Positions 29,089-38,344 of a stretch of DNA of 64,000 nt are shown here, piece after piece. The notes beneath the pieces were generated by a model, which made no database searches, was not told the DNA's origin, and was given only the letters and a program-made list of their open reading frames with translations. The position numbers and the translations under genes are program-made. How positions within the stretch are numbered: position 1 is the first letter of the stretch; each line of letters begins with the position of its first letter. The stretch is from an uncultured Verrucomicrobiota bacterium (GTDB lineage: Bacteria; Verrucomicrobiota; Verrucomicrobiia; Limisphaerales; UBA9464), in assembly GCA_903854475.1 (NCBI GenBank), contig CAINWP010000080.1, positions 1,995-65,994 on the forward strand. The letters are read 5' to 3'.

Positions 29089-30510
29089 ATGGGAGCCATT
29101 CAATTTGGGACTGATGGTTGGCGAGCCGTCATCGCCGAAGATTTCACTTTTACCAACCTGGACCGCGTGGCCCAGGCGACAGCAGATTATTGGCAAACCA
29201 ACCCGGTTCCTGGCGTCCACAATGACCGGGCCGTCATCGGTTACGACCGGCGCTTTCTTTCCCCAGAATTCGCAACACGGGTGGCCGAAGTGTTGGCCGG
29301 CAATGGCTTCACCGTCACCTTGACCGACCGCCCAACCCCAACTCCCAGCGTATCCTTCGAGGTAAAACGCCAGAAGGCCATCGGTGGCGTGATGCTGACG
29401 GCCAGCCATAATCCAGCTTCGTTCAACGGTTTCAAGCTCAAGGCCTGGTACGGTGGCTCAGCTGAACCGGCCCTTTGCAAGGCAGTGGAAGGACTTCTCG
29501 ACCAGAAACCGGTCCGCTCCATCCCTCTGGCTCAGGCAGTGCGGTCCCGTTTGGTTTCGGTCCGAGACATCCGTGGGGCCCACTATGCCGCCCTGAAGAA
29601 ACTGGTCGATTTTCCACTAATTGCTGCATCGGGGTTAAAATTTGCGCATGAGGCCCTGCACGGGGTTGGCGCCGGTTGCTTCGATGAACTCTTGGCGGGT
29701 ACCACCTGCCGGGTGACCACCATCAATGCCGAGCACAACCCAGGCTTCCCAGGCATCAATCCCGAGCCCATTGCTCGGAATTATATTCGGTCGATTCCCT
29801 TCCTACAAAAACACCCCCACGACCTTTGCCTGGTCACCGATGGTGACGCCGACCGAGTGGGCGGATTGATGGGAAATGGAGCACCACTAACCACCCACCA
29901 GATCATCTGCCTTCTACTCCGGCACTACGTCAAAAATCGGGGCATGACCGGAAAAGTGGTAAAGGCGCTGACCACGACCTCCATGGTTGATCGCATGTGC
30001 GCACAACTCGGTCTTGAACTTATCGAGACGGGAGTGGGCTTTAAATATATTGCCAGCGAGATCCTCAAAGGCGGCGTTCTTCTCGGCTTCGAAGAGAGCG
30101 GCGGCATCGGTTTCCCGGGCCACATCCCGGAACGCGACGGTATCGCCGCCGGACTCGTTCTATTGGAAATGCTGGCCATGGAGCGCAAACCCCTAAAAGT
30201 CCTCCTCCGCGAATTGGAAAAAGACTTCGGGCCGCACCGATATGCCCGCATCGACACCACTTTCCCGCTGGAGAAGCGTTCAGCACTGATGAGCTTCTGC
30301 TCAGAACACCCTCCCTCCCGCCTGCTGAAGTCGAAGCTCGCCACAGTGAAGGCCTACGACGGAGTAAAGTTCATCGCTCAGGACGGATCCTGGTTAATGC
30401 TGCGCGGTTCTGGGACCGAGCCCATCCTCCGCATTTACGCCGAGGCTAAAACCGACGAAGATGCCCAGGCTCTCCTACGGCAGGGAGTCCAGTTAACCCG
30501 CAAAGTCTGA
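29089..30510 (+). CDS. Phosphoglucomutase/phosphomannomutase family (alpha-D-phosphohexomutase)
   Basis: Active-site loop LTASHNPASFNGFK, metal loop VTDGDADR, and sugar loop FEESGG. Confidence 0.9.
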   Translation: MGAIQFGTDGWRAVIAEDFTFTNLDRVAQATADYWQTNPVPGVHNDRAVIGYDRRFLSPEFATRVAEVLAGNGFTVTLTDRPTPTPSVSFEVKRQKAIGGVMLTASHNPASFNGFKLKAWYGGSAEPALCKAVEGLLDQKPVRSIPLAQAVRSRLVSVRDIRGAHYAALKKLVDFPLIAASGLKFAHEALHGVGAGCFDELLAGTTCRVTTINAEHNPGFPGINPEPIARNYIRSIPFLQKHPHDLCLVTDGDADRVGGLMGNGAPLTTHQIICLLLRHYVKNRGMTGKVVKALTTTSMVDRMCAQLGLELIETGVGFKYIASEILKGGVLLGFEESGGIGFPGHIPERDGIAAGLVLLEMLAMERKPLKVLLRELEKDFGPHRYARIDTTFPLEKRSALMSFCSEHPPSRLLKSKLATVKAYDGVKFIAQDGSWLMLRGSGTEPILRIYAEAKTDEDAQALLRQGVQLTRKV

Positions 30511-30526
30511 GCACCCAAAGGCTCAG

Positions 30527-31207
30527 TCAGTACTCACCGACCGCAGCGGCGTGTCCACTCAAGATGGCCACGCCGGCACTGGTGCCCAGCCGATTGGCTC
30601 CGGCTTCCAGCATCGCCAAGGCCATGGCCGTGTCCCGGATACCGCCACTGGCCTTGACGCCCAAAGCGGAACCCACAGCCTGCCGCATGAGGCGGATGTC
30701 CTCGACGGTGGCCCCGCCGGAACCAAATCCAGTGGAAGTCTTCACGAAACGGGCTCCTGCCTCGACGCTGAGGGAGCAGGCACGAAGTTTTTCTTCTTCC
30801 GAGAGCAGACACGTCTCGAGGATAACCTTCACCCAAACACCCTGAGCAGCCTCCACCACATCCCGAATTTCCCGAAACACGGCGCGGTCATCCCCGTCCT
30901 TGAGTCGTCCGATATTCAGGACCATATCAATTTCTTGAGCTCCGAGATCGATGGCCACCTCGGTCTCATACCGCTTGGAATCACCGTCCATAGCACCGAG
31001 AGGGAATCCGACCACCGCCGCCACCTTCACGTCCGAACCCTCCAACAAGGCAGCAGCCTGAGCCACCCGACTCCCGTGGACACAGACACTCCAGAACTGG
31101 TGTTCCAGTGCCTCGGCGCACAATTTGGCAACATCCGCCGCCCGCGCCTCCGGCTTGAGCAGGGTGTGATCGATGTGACGGGCCAGATCCCGGACGCTCC
31201 ATTGCAT
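30527..31207 (-). CDS. deoC: Deoxyribose-phosphate aldolase
   Basis: [21 protein letters not shown]..., VCVHG..., VKVILE..., and FVKTSTGF (Schiff-base Lys context). The start is set at ATG 31207. The ORF-track extension to 31390 only translates the upstream repeat array. Confidence 0.9.
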   Translation of the reverse strand: MQWSVRDLARHIDHTLLKPEARAADVAKLCAEALEHQFWSVCVHGSRVAQAAALLEGSDVKVAAVVGFPLGAMDGDSKRYETEVAIDLGAQEIDMVLNIGRLKDGDDRAVFREIRDVVEAAQGVWVKVILETCLLSEEEKLRACSLSVEAGARFVKTSTGFGSGGATVEDIRLMRQAVGSALGVKASGGIRDTAMALAMLEAGANRLGTSAGVAILSGHAAAVGEY

Positions 31208-31251
31208 TCCGGCAATGTCACGGTCTTCCGCTGAGGGTTCAAGCTTGCAAG

Positions 31252-31372
31252 GGAGCCTGTCCCTTAGAAGGAGCCTGTCCCTTAGAAGGAGCCTGTCCCT
31301 TGGAATGTCCCATGGAAGGAGCCTGTCCCTTGGATGGAGCCTGTCCCCTTGGAAGGAGCCTGTCCCTTGGAA
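31252..31372 (-). repeat. Tandem array, about 6.5 x 18 bp; unit on the minus strand TTCCAAGGGACAGGCTCC (plus strand GGAGCCTGTCCCTT + 4-nt spacer)
   Basis: Read directly: GGAGCCTGTCCCTT at 31252, 31270, 31288, 31318 and 31355, GGAGCCTGTCCCCTT at 31336, and a partial copy TGTCCCATGGAA at 31306. The core is the same as in the 12706-12813 array. Confidence 0.95.
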
Positions 31373-31388
31373 AGAAGCGTATAGATGC

Positions 31389-31416
31389 AAAAAGCCGGCC
31401 TCTGGATGAGGCCGGC
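31389..31416 (-). terminator. Intrinsic terminator downstream of the TonB-dependent receptor
   Basis: 9-bp stem GCCGGCCTC / GAGGCCGGC with a 5-nt loop, followed on the minus strand by TTTTT. Confidence 0.7.
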
Positions 31417-31456
31417 CCTGTCTATCTGTTGACCCAGCGCGCGGTGGCGCAGTGGT

Positions 31457-33583
31457 TTAGAACTTCTTGCTCAACTCGATGTAGTAGAAACGGCCGCGCA
31501 AGTCGGCGAACTGACGAGCAACGTTACTCTCGAAGGCCGAGAAGACAGCCGGCGGGCGCTCGTCGAACACATTGTTGATACCAAAGCTGAGGTTGGCTTC
31601 CACCTTCGGGATGGTGTACCGCGTGCGAAGGTCGATCGTGTTGTAGTCACGACCCGAACGGGTGTCGGGAGCGTTCCCATCAATCGTCTCGTAGTTCTGT
31701 CCACTCTGATCTTCACGATAGGCTGAGGTGAAGTTCCAGGCGACAGCAGCATAGTAACGCTCGTACTCCCAAGCGACCGACGCCGTGGCGCGATATTCGG
31801 GAAATCCCACATCGGACATGGCTGCACCGGAGGCCCAGAAACTTCCAAGGTAATCGATCGGAGCCGAACCCGGGAAGTTCTCCATGTTCATGGACAGCAC
31901 CTTGGTGGCATTGCCAGCCAGAAAGAGCTTACCCATCGAGGTCTCGATCTCCTGGGTCATCGACAAGTCGAGACCGTCGGTCGAACGGGTCCCCGTGTTG
32001 ATCGGACCCACGTTGCGAATCTGGTCGATATCGCCGGTCGTCGGATCCACGGCTACCTGGGCACCCAGGGGATTGGCCGCGCTCGGAGTCGCAGAAGCCC
32101 CATAGGGGTTCTTGGCATTGCCGGAGCCACCGTTCATGGCCCATTGGTTGACAATGTACTGCTCGCTCGAGAACGGAATGCCTGTCTGAGTGATCTTGTA
32201 GTAGTCAAGACCCACGGTGAAACCCTTGAGGAAGTTCGGGGAGAACTTCGCTCCAATGAGCCAATTCTCGGCCTGTTCGGGCTTCAAGTTGGGGTTGTTG
32301 ACGGCGAGGACGCCATTCTGGGGCTGGGTTCGGATCTGAGTGATCGGATTGTAAACCTCAGGAAAATCCTGACCACCCGCCGGTTGATAAATCGAAGCCA
32401 GTGACGGAGCGATGAAACCCTGACCGTAAGATCCGCGGATCACCACCTGCTTCTCGATCGGCTGCCAACGGAAGTTCACGCGCGGCTTAGCACCGGTGTC
32501 ACCCGCGTCGGAAAACTGCTCATAACGGACCGCAGTGCCCACAGTGAAGGATTCCATCCCGGTGAACTTGAGATCGTTACCAAAGATGGGTACCTGAACC
32601 TCGCTATACACAGCGTCGGTCTGGCGGCCGGCAGCCCACTGGACGGCCGTATTGAACGGAGCCACCGAGCCATTCTGAAGAGCGAAGTCGGGGGCGATGT
32701 CGATCGAGTCACGACGGGTCTGGGCACCGAGGGAGGCTTGGATGGCCCCACCGGGCAAGTCGAACACTTCGCCACGAACCAAACCGTCGAACTGCTGGGT
32801 AACCCAAGCGTTTTGCTGGGTGGCCGAACCTTTGAATCCGTTGAGGACGTCCGCTGAATTCACCGCCGAGGTGCCATTGATCGGAGTATAACCGAACGGA
32901 TTGAACGCGGACGATGCATCACCGGAATTCAGAGCCGCCTGATATTTATCGGTCAGCACGCCGCCGTTGATGACGGTGTCGTTCTGGGTGCGGTCGTACA
33001 GGAAGGCCGTTTCCCAATTCCAGGTCGATTCACCGATGCGGCCACGGAGGCCGGCCACGGTGTGGATGCTCTGGTACAGGTCGTTGTAAATGCGCGGCCC
33101 GTTCTCGACCGGGCGGTAGGTGATGTTGAACTTGTCCGTCGCGGCGCTGCCCGGGAACACCTGCTGCCACCAGTGGTTGCCTGAAGACATCGTATAGCCG
33201 CCCAGCGGACCAGGGGCCAGCGTGTACGACGACTTGTTGCTCATGTAGTAGGCGTCGGCGAAGGCCTCGAGGTGCTCTCCGAAGAGTTGGTGAGCCACCG
33301 AGGTGTCGAAGCCATAGCGATCGTGCGGACGATACGCCGTGGTGTAATAACCATAGGGGAACCCTGCACTGGTTCCCGGGACGAGGCTTTCATTGCCTCC
33401 GTAACGCAGCTGGGCACCCACCGGCAGAACGCCGCGCAAGGCGGCCTCGGCTGCGGTCCGGGCGGCGGTGACTTGTGACGCGGCCGTCGCCTTGGAAGTG
33501 TCTACATACGCGCTGGGATCGAACTTGTTTCCAGCCACTACGATGGGGAATTGGAGTCCACCCACGGTCACCGAAGCCGGCAC
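31457..33583 (-). CDS. TonB-dependent receptor, beta-barrel part (3' portion of a frameshift-split gene)
   Basis: Barrel-type sequence ending in the canonical ...RGRFYYIELSKKF. Its reading frame stays open upstream to 33717 and there reads as receptor-like sequence (AFSNTRGLTNASQVPTFTGP). Confidence 0.8.
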   Translation of the reverse strand: MPASVTVGGLQFPIVVAGNKFDPSAYVDTSKATAASQVTAARTAAEAALRGVLPVGAQLRYGGNESLVPGTSAGFPYGYYTTAYRPHDRYGFDTSVAHQLFGEHLEAFADAYYMSNKSSYTLAPGPLGGYTMSSGNHWWQQVFPGSAATDKFNITYRPVENGPRIYNDLYQSIHTVAGLRGRIGESTWNWETAFLYDRTQNDTVINGGVLTDKYQAALNSGDASSAFNPFGYTPINGTSAVNSADVLNGFKGSATQQNAWVTQQFDGLVRGEVFDLPGGAIQASLGAQTRRDSIDIAPDFALQNGSVAPFNTAVQWAAGRQTDAVYSEVQVPIFGNDLKFTGMESFTVGTAVRYEQFSDAGDTGAKPRVNFRWQPIEKQVVIRGSYGQGFIAPSLASIYQPAGGQDFPEVYNPITQIRTQPQNGVLAVNNPNLKPEQAENWLIGAKFSPNFLKGFTVGLDYYKITQTGIPFSSEQYIVNQWAMNGGSGNAKNPYGASATPSAANPLGAQVAVDPTTGDIDQIRNVGPINTGTRSTDGLDLSMTQEIETSMGKLFLAGNATKVLSMNMENFPGSAPIDYLGSFWASGAAMSDVGFPEYRATASVAWEYERYYAAVAWNFTSAYREDQSGQNYETIDGNAPDTRSGRDYNTIDLRTRYTIPKVEANLSFGINNVFDERPPAVFSAFESNVARQFADLRGRFYYIELSKKF

Positions 33584-33618
33584 TGGCCCCGTGAAGGTCG
33601 GAACCTGCGAGGCATTGG

Positions 33619-34464
33619 TCAGTCCTCGGGTATTCGAGAAGGCCGGAGTCCAATGCCATTGGCCACGTTCAGCACGTCTCCAGAAGCGCTGGTCACCGAA
33701 TGAGTGCCGAAGCTGCGCTTATTGAAGAAAAGCCCTGGGTTGGAGGTGCCCGAAACGTTGCTGCCAGCGGGGAAACTGCGATCGCGGTCGATGCTCAGCA
33801 GGTCGTTGGCAGAATTGTACTCCGCGGAGAAGAACGCACGGGTCTTCTCATTGGAGGTGCCGAAGTTGACCTGGAAGCGGCGCTGGGAGATGTCCTTGTC
33901 CATCGTGTTCCCGTAGAACGCGCTGAACTGGGTGCCCTGGAAGTTCTTCTTAAGCTTAATGTTCACCACGCCTGCGACGGCATCCGTACCGTAGATGGCA
34001 CCCGCGCCATCATTGAGCACTTCGATGCTCTCGATGGCTGCCTGGGGAATCATATTCAGGTCGGAAGTCGAGGTACGACGACCGTCCACCAGCAGCAGGG
34101 TCGCATTGCCCGGAAGTCCACGAAGACCTACGAAAGACTGTCCCGAACCACCATTTCCGTAACCTTCATTAAGGTTTCCGGTGCCACCCATCTGGGGCAG
34201 CTTGAGGCGAAATACATCGCTCAAATTGGCGAACCCACCATTGACCGGTGAGGCCATGTCGATGGCAGTGACAGATAAAGATCCTTCCGCCTCGGCTCCC
34301 GAAAGGAGGGATCCGGTGACGACCGTAGACTCGAGGGTCTTGGCCGCAGGATCAGCATTCTGGGCCCAAAGAGCGGGCACAGCAATCAATTGGGATCCGA
34401 GCCCGACCGTGATGGCACTCCGGAGAACTGTGCCCCGGAACTGGCGATAGTTGTGGTACGACAT
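33619..34464 (-). CDS. TonB-dependent receptor, signal peptide + plug part (5' portion of a frameshift-split gene)
   Basis: Signal-like MSYHNYRQFRGTVLRSAITVGLGSQLIAVPALWAQ, and plug motifs VGLRGLPGNATLLLVDGRR and IESIEVLNDGAGAIYGTDAVAGVVNI. It ends at TGA 33619-33621, in a different frame from the barrel part. Confidence 0.8.
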   Translation of the reverse strand: MSYHNYRQFRGTVLRSAITVGLGSQLIAVPALWAQNADPAAKTLESTVVTGSLLSGAEAEGSLSVTAIDMASPVNGGFANLSDVFRLKLPQMGGTGNLNEGYGNGGSGQSFVGLRGLPGNATLLLVDGRRTSTSDLNMIPQAAIESIEVLNDGAGAIYGTDAVAGVVNIKLKKNFQGTQFSAFYGNTMDKDISQRRFQVNFGTSNEKTRAFFSAEYNSANDLLSIDRDRSFPAGSNVSGTSNPGLFFNKRSFGTHSVTSASGDVLNVANGIGLRPSRIPED

Positions 34465-34623
34465 AGGTTGGTTGGTCTGAAACATCCTGGTCACATTTAT
34501 TTGACAGCGTGGATTCCCTACTACGGAAAACCCGCTTCGCAATCGGTGCAAGCGATTTTGTTTGAGAACGAATAAAAAGCATCCCAAAGCCTTGATCCCT
34601 CGCAAAACGACAAAATCGTCCGG

Positions 34624-35442
34624 TTGACTGCTACGACCGTTGACAGTTTTCCAAGCACCAACCTAGTGTCCGCACAACAACTCTCTCACATGTACCGAGT
34701 CGCCCTTATCCTTGCCGTACTGGCCGCCATCGGAAGCTTGGCGCTGAGCTTCACCGTCACCAAACCAAAGATCGAAGGATTGGTTCAGGAGCGCACCGAA
34801 CTCCAGACCAACCTCGCCGCTTCAGAAGCCGCCAAGACTGAGGCTGAAAAGAAGGCCAAGGTGGCCACAGCAACGGCCGACAAGAAAAGTTCAGAGCTCG
34901 CTGCTACTCAGAAGGAGTTAGAGACAGCCACCTCGACTGCAGCGACTCAACAGGCCCGCGCTGACAAGTACTTCGCCGATTACAACAAGACTCTGGCCGA
35001 CAAGAACGCCGCCCAAGAACAGTTGGCCCGGTGGAGCGGTACCGGCCTCAATCCCGACCAGATTCTAGCCATGAAGGTCGAATTGAAGGCCTCAAAAGAG
35101 TTGACCGGCGTGCTGGCCGACGAAAAATCAATTTTGCAGCGCAACGTTGCCTCTCTGAAGAACAAGCTTTCCAAGTACGAGGACGAAAACCGAGTTGTTG
35201 CCATGCCCGGCCTCAAAGGAGCCGTTTTAGCCGTGGATCCGAAGTGGGAATTCGTAGTTCTCAATGTCGGTTCTCAGCATGGTGCGTTAGAAGGTGGTCT
35301 GCTAATGGTTCGCCGGGGTGACAAGCTGGTGGGCAAGGTCAAGATCGTCACAGTGGAAGCCAATCGATGCGTCGCCAATGTCCTTCCGACCTGGAAACAG
35401 GGGGATGTCGCTGTTGCCGCCGGTGATCAGGTGCTGTACTGA
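34624..35442 (+). CDS. Membrane-anchored coiled-coil protein with compact C-terminal domain (unknown family)
   Basis: TM segment MYRVALILAVLAAIGSLALSF (probable start ATG 34690), and about 150 aa of A/E/K/Q/T-rich coiled-coil-like sequence. The C-terminus reads GAVLAVDPKWEFVVLNVGSQHG...GDKLVGKVKIVTVE...GDQV. Confidence 0.65.
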   Translation: MTATTVDSFPSTNLVSAQQLSHMYRVALILAVLAAIGSLALSFTVTKPKIEGLVQERTELQTNLAASEAAKTEAEKKAKVATATADKKSSELAATQKELETATSTAATQQARADKYFADYNKTLADKNAAQEQLARWSGTGLNPDQILAMKVELKASKELTGVLADEKSILQRNVASLKNKLSKYEDENRVVAMPGLKGAVLAVDPKWEFVVLNVGSQHGALEGGLLMVRRGDKLVGKVKIVTVEANRCVANVLPTWKQGDVAVAAGDQVLY

Positions 35443-35449
35443 TCCGTCC

Positions 35450-35611
35450 ATGAAGTCACTCACTCATCGGTGGAAAGGGGTCGCATTGGCTGGAATAGTT
35501 CTAGCACTGCTCTCTGGATGTAGAACGGAGGACGAGCTCATCGGCCGCCCCTGGAATACCCCCAAGTCTTGGGAATCAGGCCTCCCCTCAGCAATGACCG
35601 AGGGCCGCTAG
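35450..35611 (+). CDS. Small putative lipoprotein
   Basis: MKSLTHRWKGVALAGIVLALLSGC has a lipobox (LSGC). 53 aa, 8 bp after the preceding gene. Confidence 0.45.
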   Translation: MKSLTHRWKGVALAGIVLALLSGCRTEDELIGRPWNTPKSWESGLPSAMTEGR

Positions 35612-35908
35612 ACCACGGGTTTTAAGAAACCAACCCTGTCTTTAAACTCTGCTGAGACGGGCTTACAACTTGGCGCACCTCGAAATCGGCAGCACCGTTA
35701 CCCGTCACAATCGATTTATCCGGAACCGCTGAACAGTCAGATGATTCAAGTTGATGCCCTTCGGACCGGTCGCGGATTCAACCTGAGTTCTGAATCAGCC
35801 CTACTCTTGCAGCCGATCAAAACAAGATCCAGCCGACTCACTTCCCATTTAACTTGACCGGTCAGTGGTCTTCCACCCATCCTTCGGATTCGTCCTAAAG
35901 GCTTCTCA

Positions 35909-36937
35909 ATGTTTGCGCAGATCAAAGGTCTCTTCTCGAACGATATCGGAATCGACCTCGGAACCGCCAACTCCCTCGTCTATGTGAGGGATCAGGGGAT
36001 CGTCTTGCGCGAACCCTCAGTGGTGGCCATTCAAGCTGGGACAACCAATGTTCTCGCAGTCGGTGAAGAGGCCAAGCGCATGCTCGGCCGAACCCCCGGC
36101 AACATTGTCGCTATCCGACCCATGAAAGACGGCGTCATTGCCGACTTTGAGATTACCGAGGCGATGCTTCGGCACTTCATCCAAAAGGTACACCACCGCA
36201 AGCTCATCATGCCGCGAGTGGTTGTAGCGGTCCCTTCAGGCATCACCGAGGTCGAAAAACGGGCCGTGAAGGACTCTGCCACCCACGCCGGGGCCCGCGA
36301 AGTGTATCTTATCGAGCAACCGATGGCTTCGGCCATCGGAGTAGGCCTGCCGGTGCACGAACCCTCAGGTAACATGATTGTCGATATCGGCGGTGGCACC
36401 TGCGAGATCGCGATCATCTCGCTGGCAGGCATCGTCTTCAGTCGCAGCGTCCGCGTGGGCGGCGATGAATTTGACGAAACGATCGTCGCGCACATGAAGC
36501 GCGCTCACAATTTAATGATCGGCGAACGTACCGCCGAGGAGATCAAGATCCGTGTCGGGTCGGCGTTTCCGCTGGACCAGGAATTGACCATGGAGGTGAA
36601 GGGCCGCGACCTCAGTGCGGGCCTCCCCAAGACGGTCCTCATCCGGTCCGAAGAAATCAGAGCCGCCCTGCAAGAACCGCTCTCGAGTATTTTGGAGTCT
36701 GTCCGCATCACGTTAGAACGATGCCCCCCAGAATTGTCCGCCGACTTGGTAGACAAGGGTATCATGATGGCCGGCGGTGGAGCGCTGTTGCGCAATATCG
36801 ACCGCTTGGTCTCTCAAGAAACCGGTCTTCCGGTCCACATCGCCGACGATCCGTTGAGCGCCGTGGCCACGGGCACCGGACGTGTGCTGCAGGAACTCTC
36901 CTTCCTCCGAAGAGTCGCTTCCTCCACGACTACCTGA
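35909..36937 (+). CDS. mreB: Rod shape-determining protein MreB
   Basis: DIGIDLGTANSLVY..., IEQPMASAIG, and VDIGGGTCEIAIISL actin-fold motifs. Confidence 0.97.
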   Translation: MFAQIKGLFSNDIGIDLGTANSLVYVRDQGIVLREPSVVAIQAGTTNVLAVGEEAKRMLGRTPGNIVAIRPMKDGVIADFEITEAMLRHFIQKVHHRKLIMPRVVVAVPSGITEVEKRAVKDSATHAGAREVYLIEQPMASAIGVGLPVHEPSGNMIVDIGGGTCEIAIISLAGIVFSRSVRVGGDEFDETIVAHMKRAHNLMIGERTAEEIKIRVGSAFPLDQELTMEVKGRDLSAGLPKTVLIRSEEIRAALQEPLSSILESVRITLERCPPELSADLVDKGIMMAGGGALLRNIDRLVSQETGLPVHIADDPLSAVATGTGRVLQELSFLRRVASSTTT

Positions 36938-36974
36938 TCTCCCCGGGGTTCGTTCGTCCGTTACTGGATCGAAC

Positions 36975-37781
36975 GTGCTGAAGCGGACCCATTACCTTAC
37001 ATTGGCCGGCGTAGGACTCCTCACGCTGAGCCTACTGAACTTGCCAGCCTCTCTCCAGACGCAGGTCAAGTCGGCCATCGGCGCATCGTTTCTACCTCTC
37101 TTCGGCATCCGGGCCGCCGCAAGTGACGTGCTCGATAGGGCCGGTTATCAGGTCCTCCCCCGCTCCACGTTGATCGACAACGTCTTGCGACTGGAACGCG
37201 AGAACGCCGAACTCCGAGTCTCGGCTCTGCAGGGGGCTGATGCCCTGGCAGAGAATCAGAGACTGCGGATCGCCATCGGAGCGGCTCCACGCGGCCCCTG
37301 GCACCTCAAACTAGCGCGGGTGGTGGGACGAGACCCGACGACCTGGTGGCGCACGATTCAAGTCAATCTGGGATCCCGGGACAACCTGAAACCCGACCAA
37401 GTGGTAATGAGCGGCGCGGGCCTCGTCGGCCGAATCAGCCAAGCAGGCCTGAGTCATTCCCAGGTGGCTCTAGTCGGTGATGCCGAATGTGGGGTGGCCG
37501 TAGTGGTCAAGGAGACCCGCGATCTGGGGATCATCAAACCGGGGCAAACCCTTTCAGGCGATGGCGGGCTGTTGGAAATGACCCTGCTGCAAAACTGCCC
37601 GGGAATTATGGCGGGTCAGGTCGTACTCACCAGCGGCTTGGGCGGGGTCTTCCCGGCGGGTCTCCAGGTCGGGACCATTGTCGACACTCGGAACGAGGAC
37701 GGCAACGTGTTCACCACCGCCCGAGTCCGTCTGGCTGCCAATCTCAACCGACTCGAAGAAGTGTGGGTGCTGCAGCCATGA
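36975..37781 (+). CDS. mreC: Rod shape-determining protein MreC
   Basis: TM segment, coiled coil (ENAELRVSALQGADALAENQRLR), and GLVGRISQAG...VVLTSGLGGVFPAGLQVGTI. The start is set at GTG 36975, after the mreB stop. Confidence 0.85.
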   Translation: MLKRTHYLTLAGVGLLTLSLLNLPASLQTQVKSAIGASFLPLFGIRAAASDVLDRAGYQVLPRSTLIDNVLRLERENAELRVSALQGADALAENQRLRIAIGAAPRGPWHLKLARVVGRDPTTWWRTIQVNLGSRDNLKPDQVVMSGAGLVGRISQAGLSHSQVALVGDAECGVAVVVKETRDLGIIKPGQTLSGDGGLLEMTLLQNCPGIMAGQVVLTSGLGGVFPAGLQVGTIVDTRNEDGNVFTTARVRLAANLNRLEEVWVLQP

Positions 37782-38341
37782 ACCGCTTCACCCTAATCAT
37801 ACTCTTCTTTGTGACGTGGTTGTCGGTGTTCGGTCAGACCCAATTCTCAGGGCTGCGGCAATGGCTCACCGTCCCGATGGCACTCAGTCCGTCGCTCATT
37901 TGTTATGCGGCATTGACCCATGGCTTTGGGATTACCATTTCCCTGGCTATCCTGAGCGGTCTCTGGGCTGATTCGCTGTCCGCCTCACCACTAGGAATTA
38001 GTGTCATGCCCTTGTTTTTGTTGGGGTTTACCCTGCAATTGCAGCGTCACCTCATCCTCCGCGACCAGGGTTTTGCTCAGTTCTGGATCGGACTGGGAGC
38101 CGGGATTGGTGTGCCTCTCCTAACCTTGGGGATGCTTTCCCTGACCGGATCCCAACCCGTGACCGGCAGCTTCACTTTTATCCAACTCCTACTGCTAGGA
38201 TTACTCAACGGCATCGCCTGCCCAGTCTTCTTCCGGATATTCGATTTACTCCACCGGAGCTTCGACTATCGCCCACTGACAACTTCCAGCTTCCGGTCTG
38301 ATCGAGAAACCGTCCGAGGTCGCCAATTTCGCCCCCGTTGA
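37778..38341 (+). CDS. mreD: Rod shape-determining protein MreD (polytopic membrane protein)
   Basis: 187-aa hydrophobic protein in the mreD position. ATG 37778 overlaps the mreC stop (ATGA). Confidence 0.7.
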   Translation: MNRFTLIILFFVTWLSVFGQTQFSGLRQWLTVPMALSPSLICYAALTHGFGITISLAILSGLWADSLSASPLGISVMPLFLLGFTLQLQRHLILRDQGFAQFWIGLGAGIGVPLLTLGMLSLTGSQPVTGSFTFIQLLLLGLLNGIACPVFFRIFDLLHRSFDYRPLTTSSFRSDRETVRGRQFRPR

Positions 38342-38344
38342 ACC

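Noticed and set aside
31208-31390. 61-codon N-terminal extension of deoC in the ORF track (…[17 protein letters not shown]…)
   Set aside because: The extension is just repeat array 2 translated. The DeoC homology begins at the internal ATG 31207 ([21 protein letters not shown]).
34465-34623. Possible cobalamin or other riboswitch upstream of the TonB-dependent receptor (contains TAGGGAATCC)
   Set aside because: Only about 160 bp is shared with a divergent promoter, there is no B12 box (GCCACTG), and there is no extended conserved structure.
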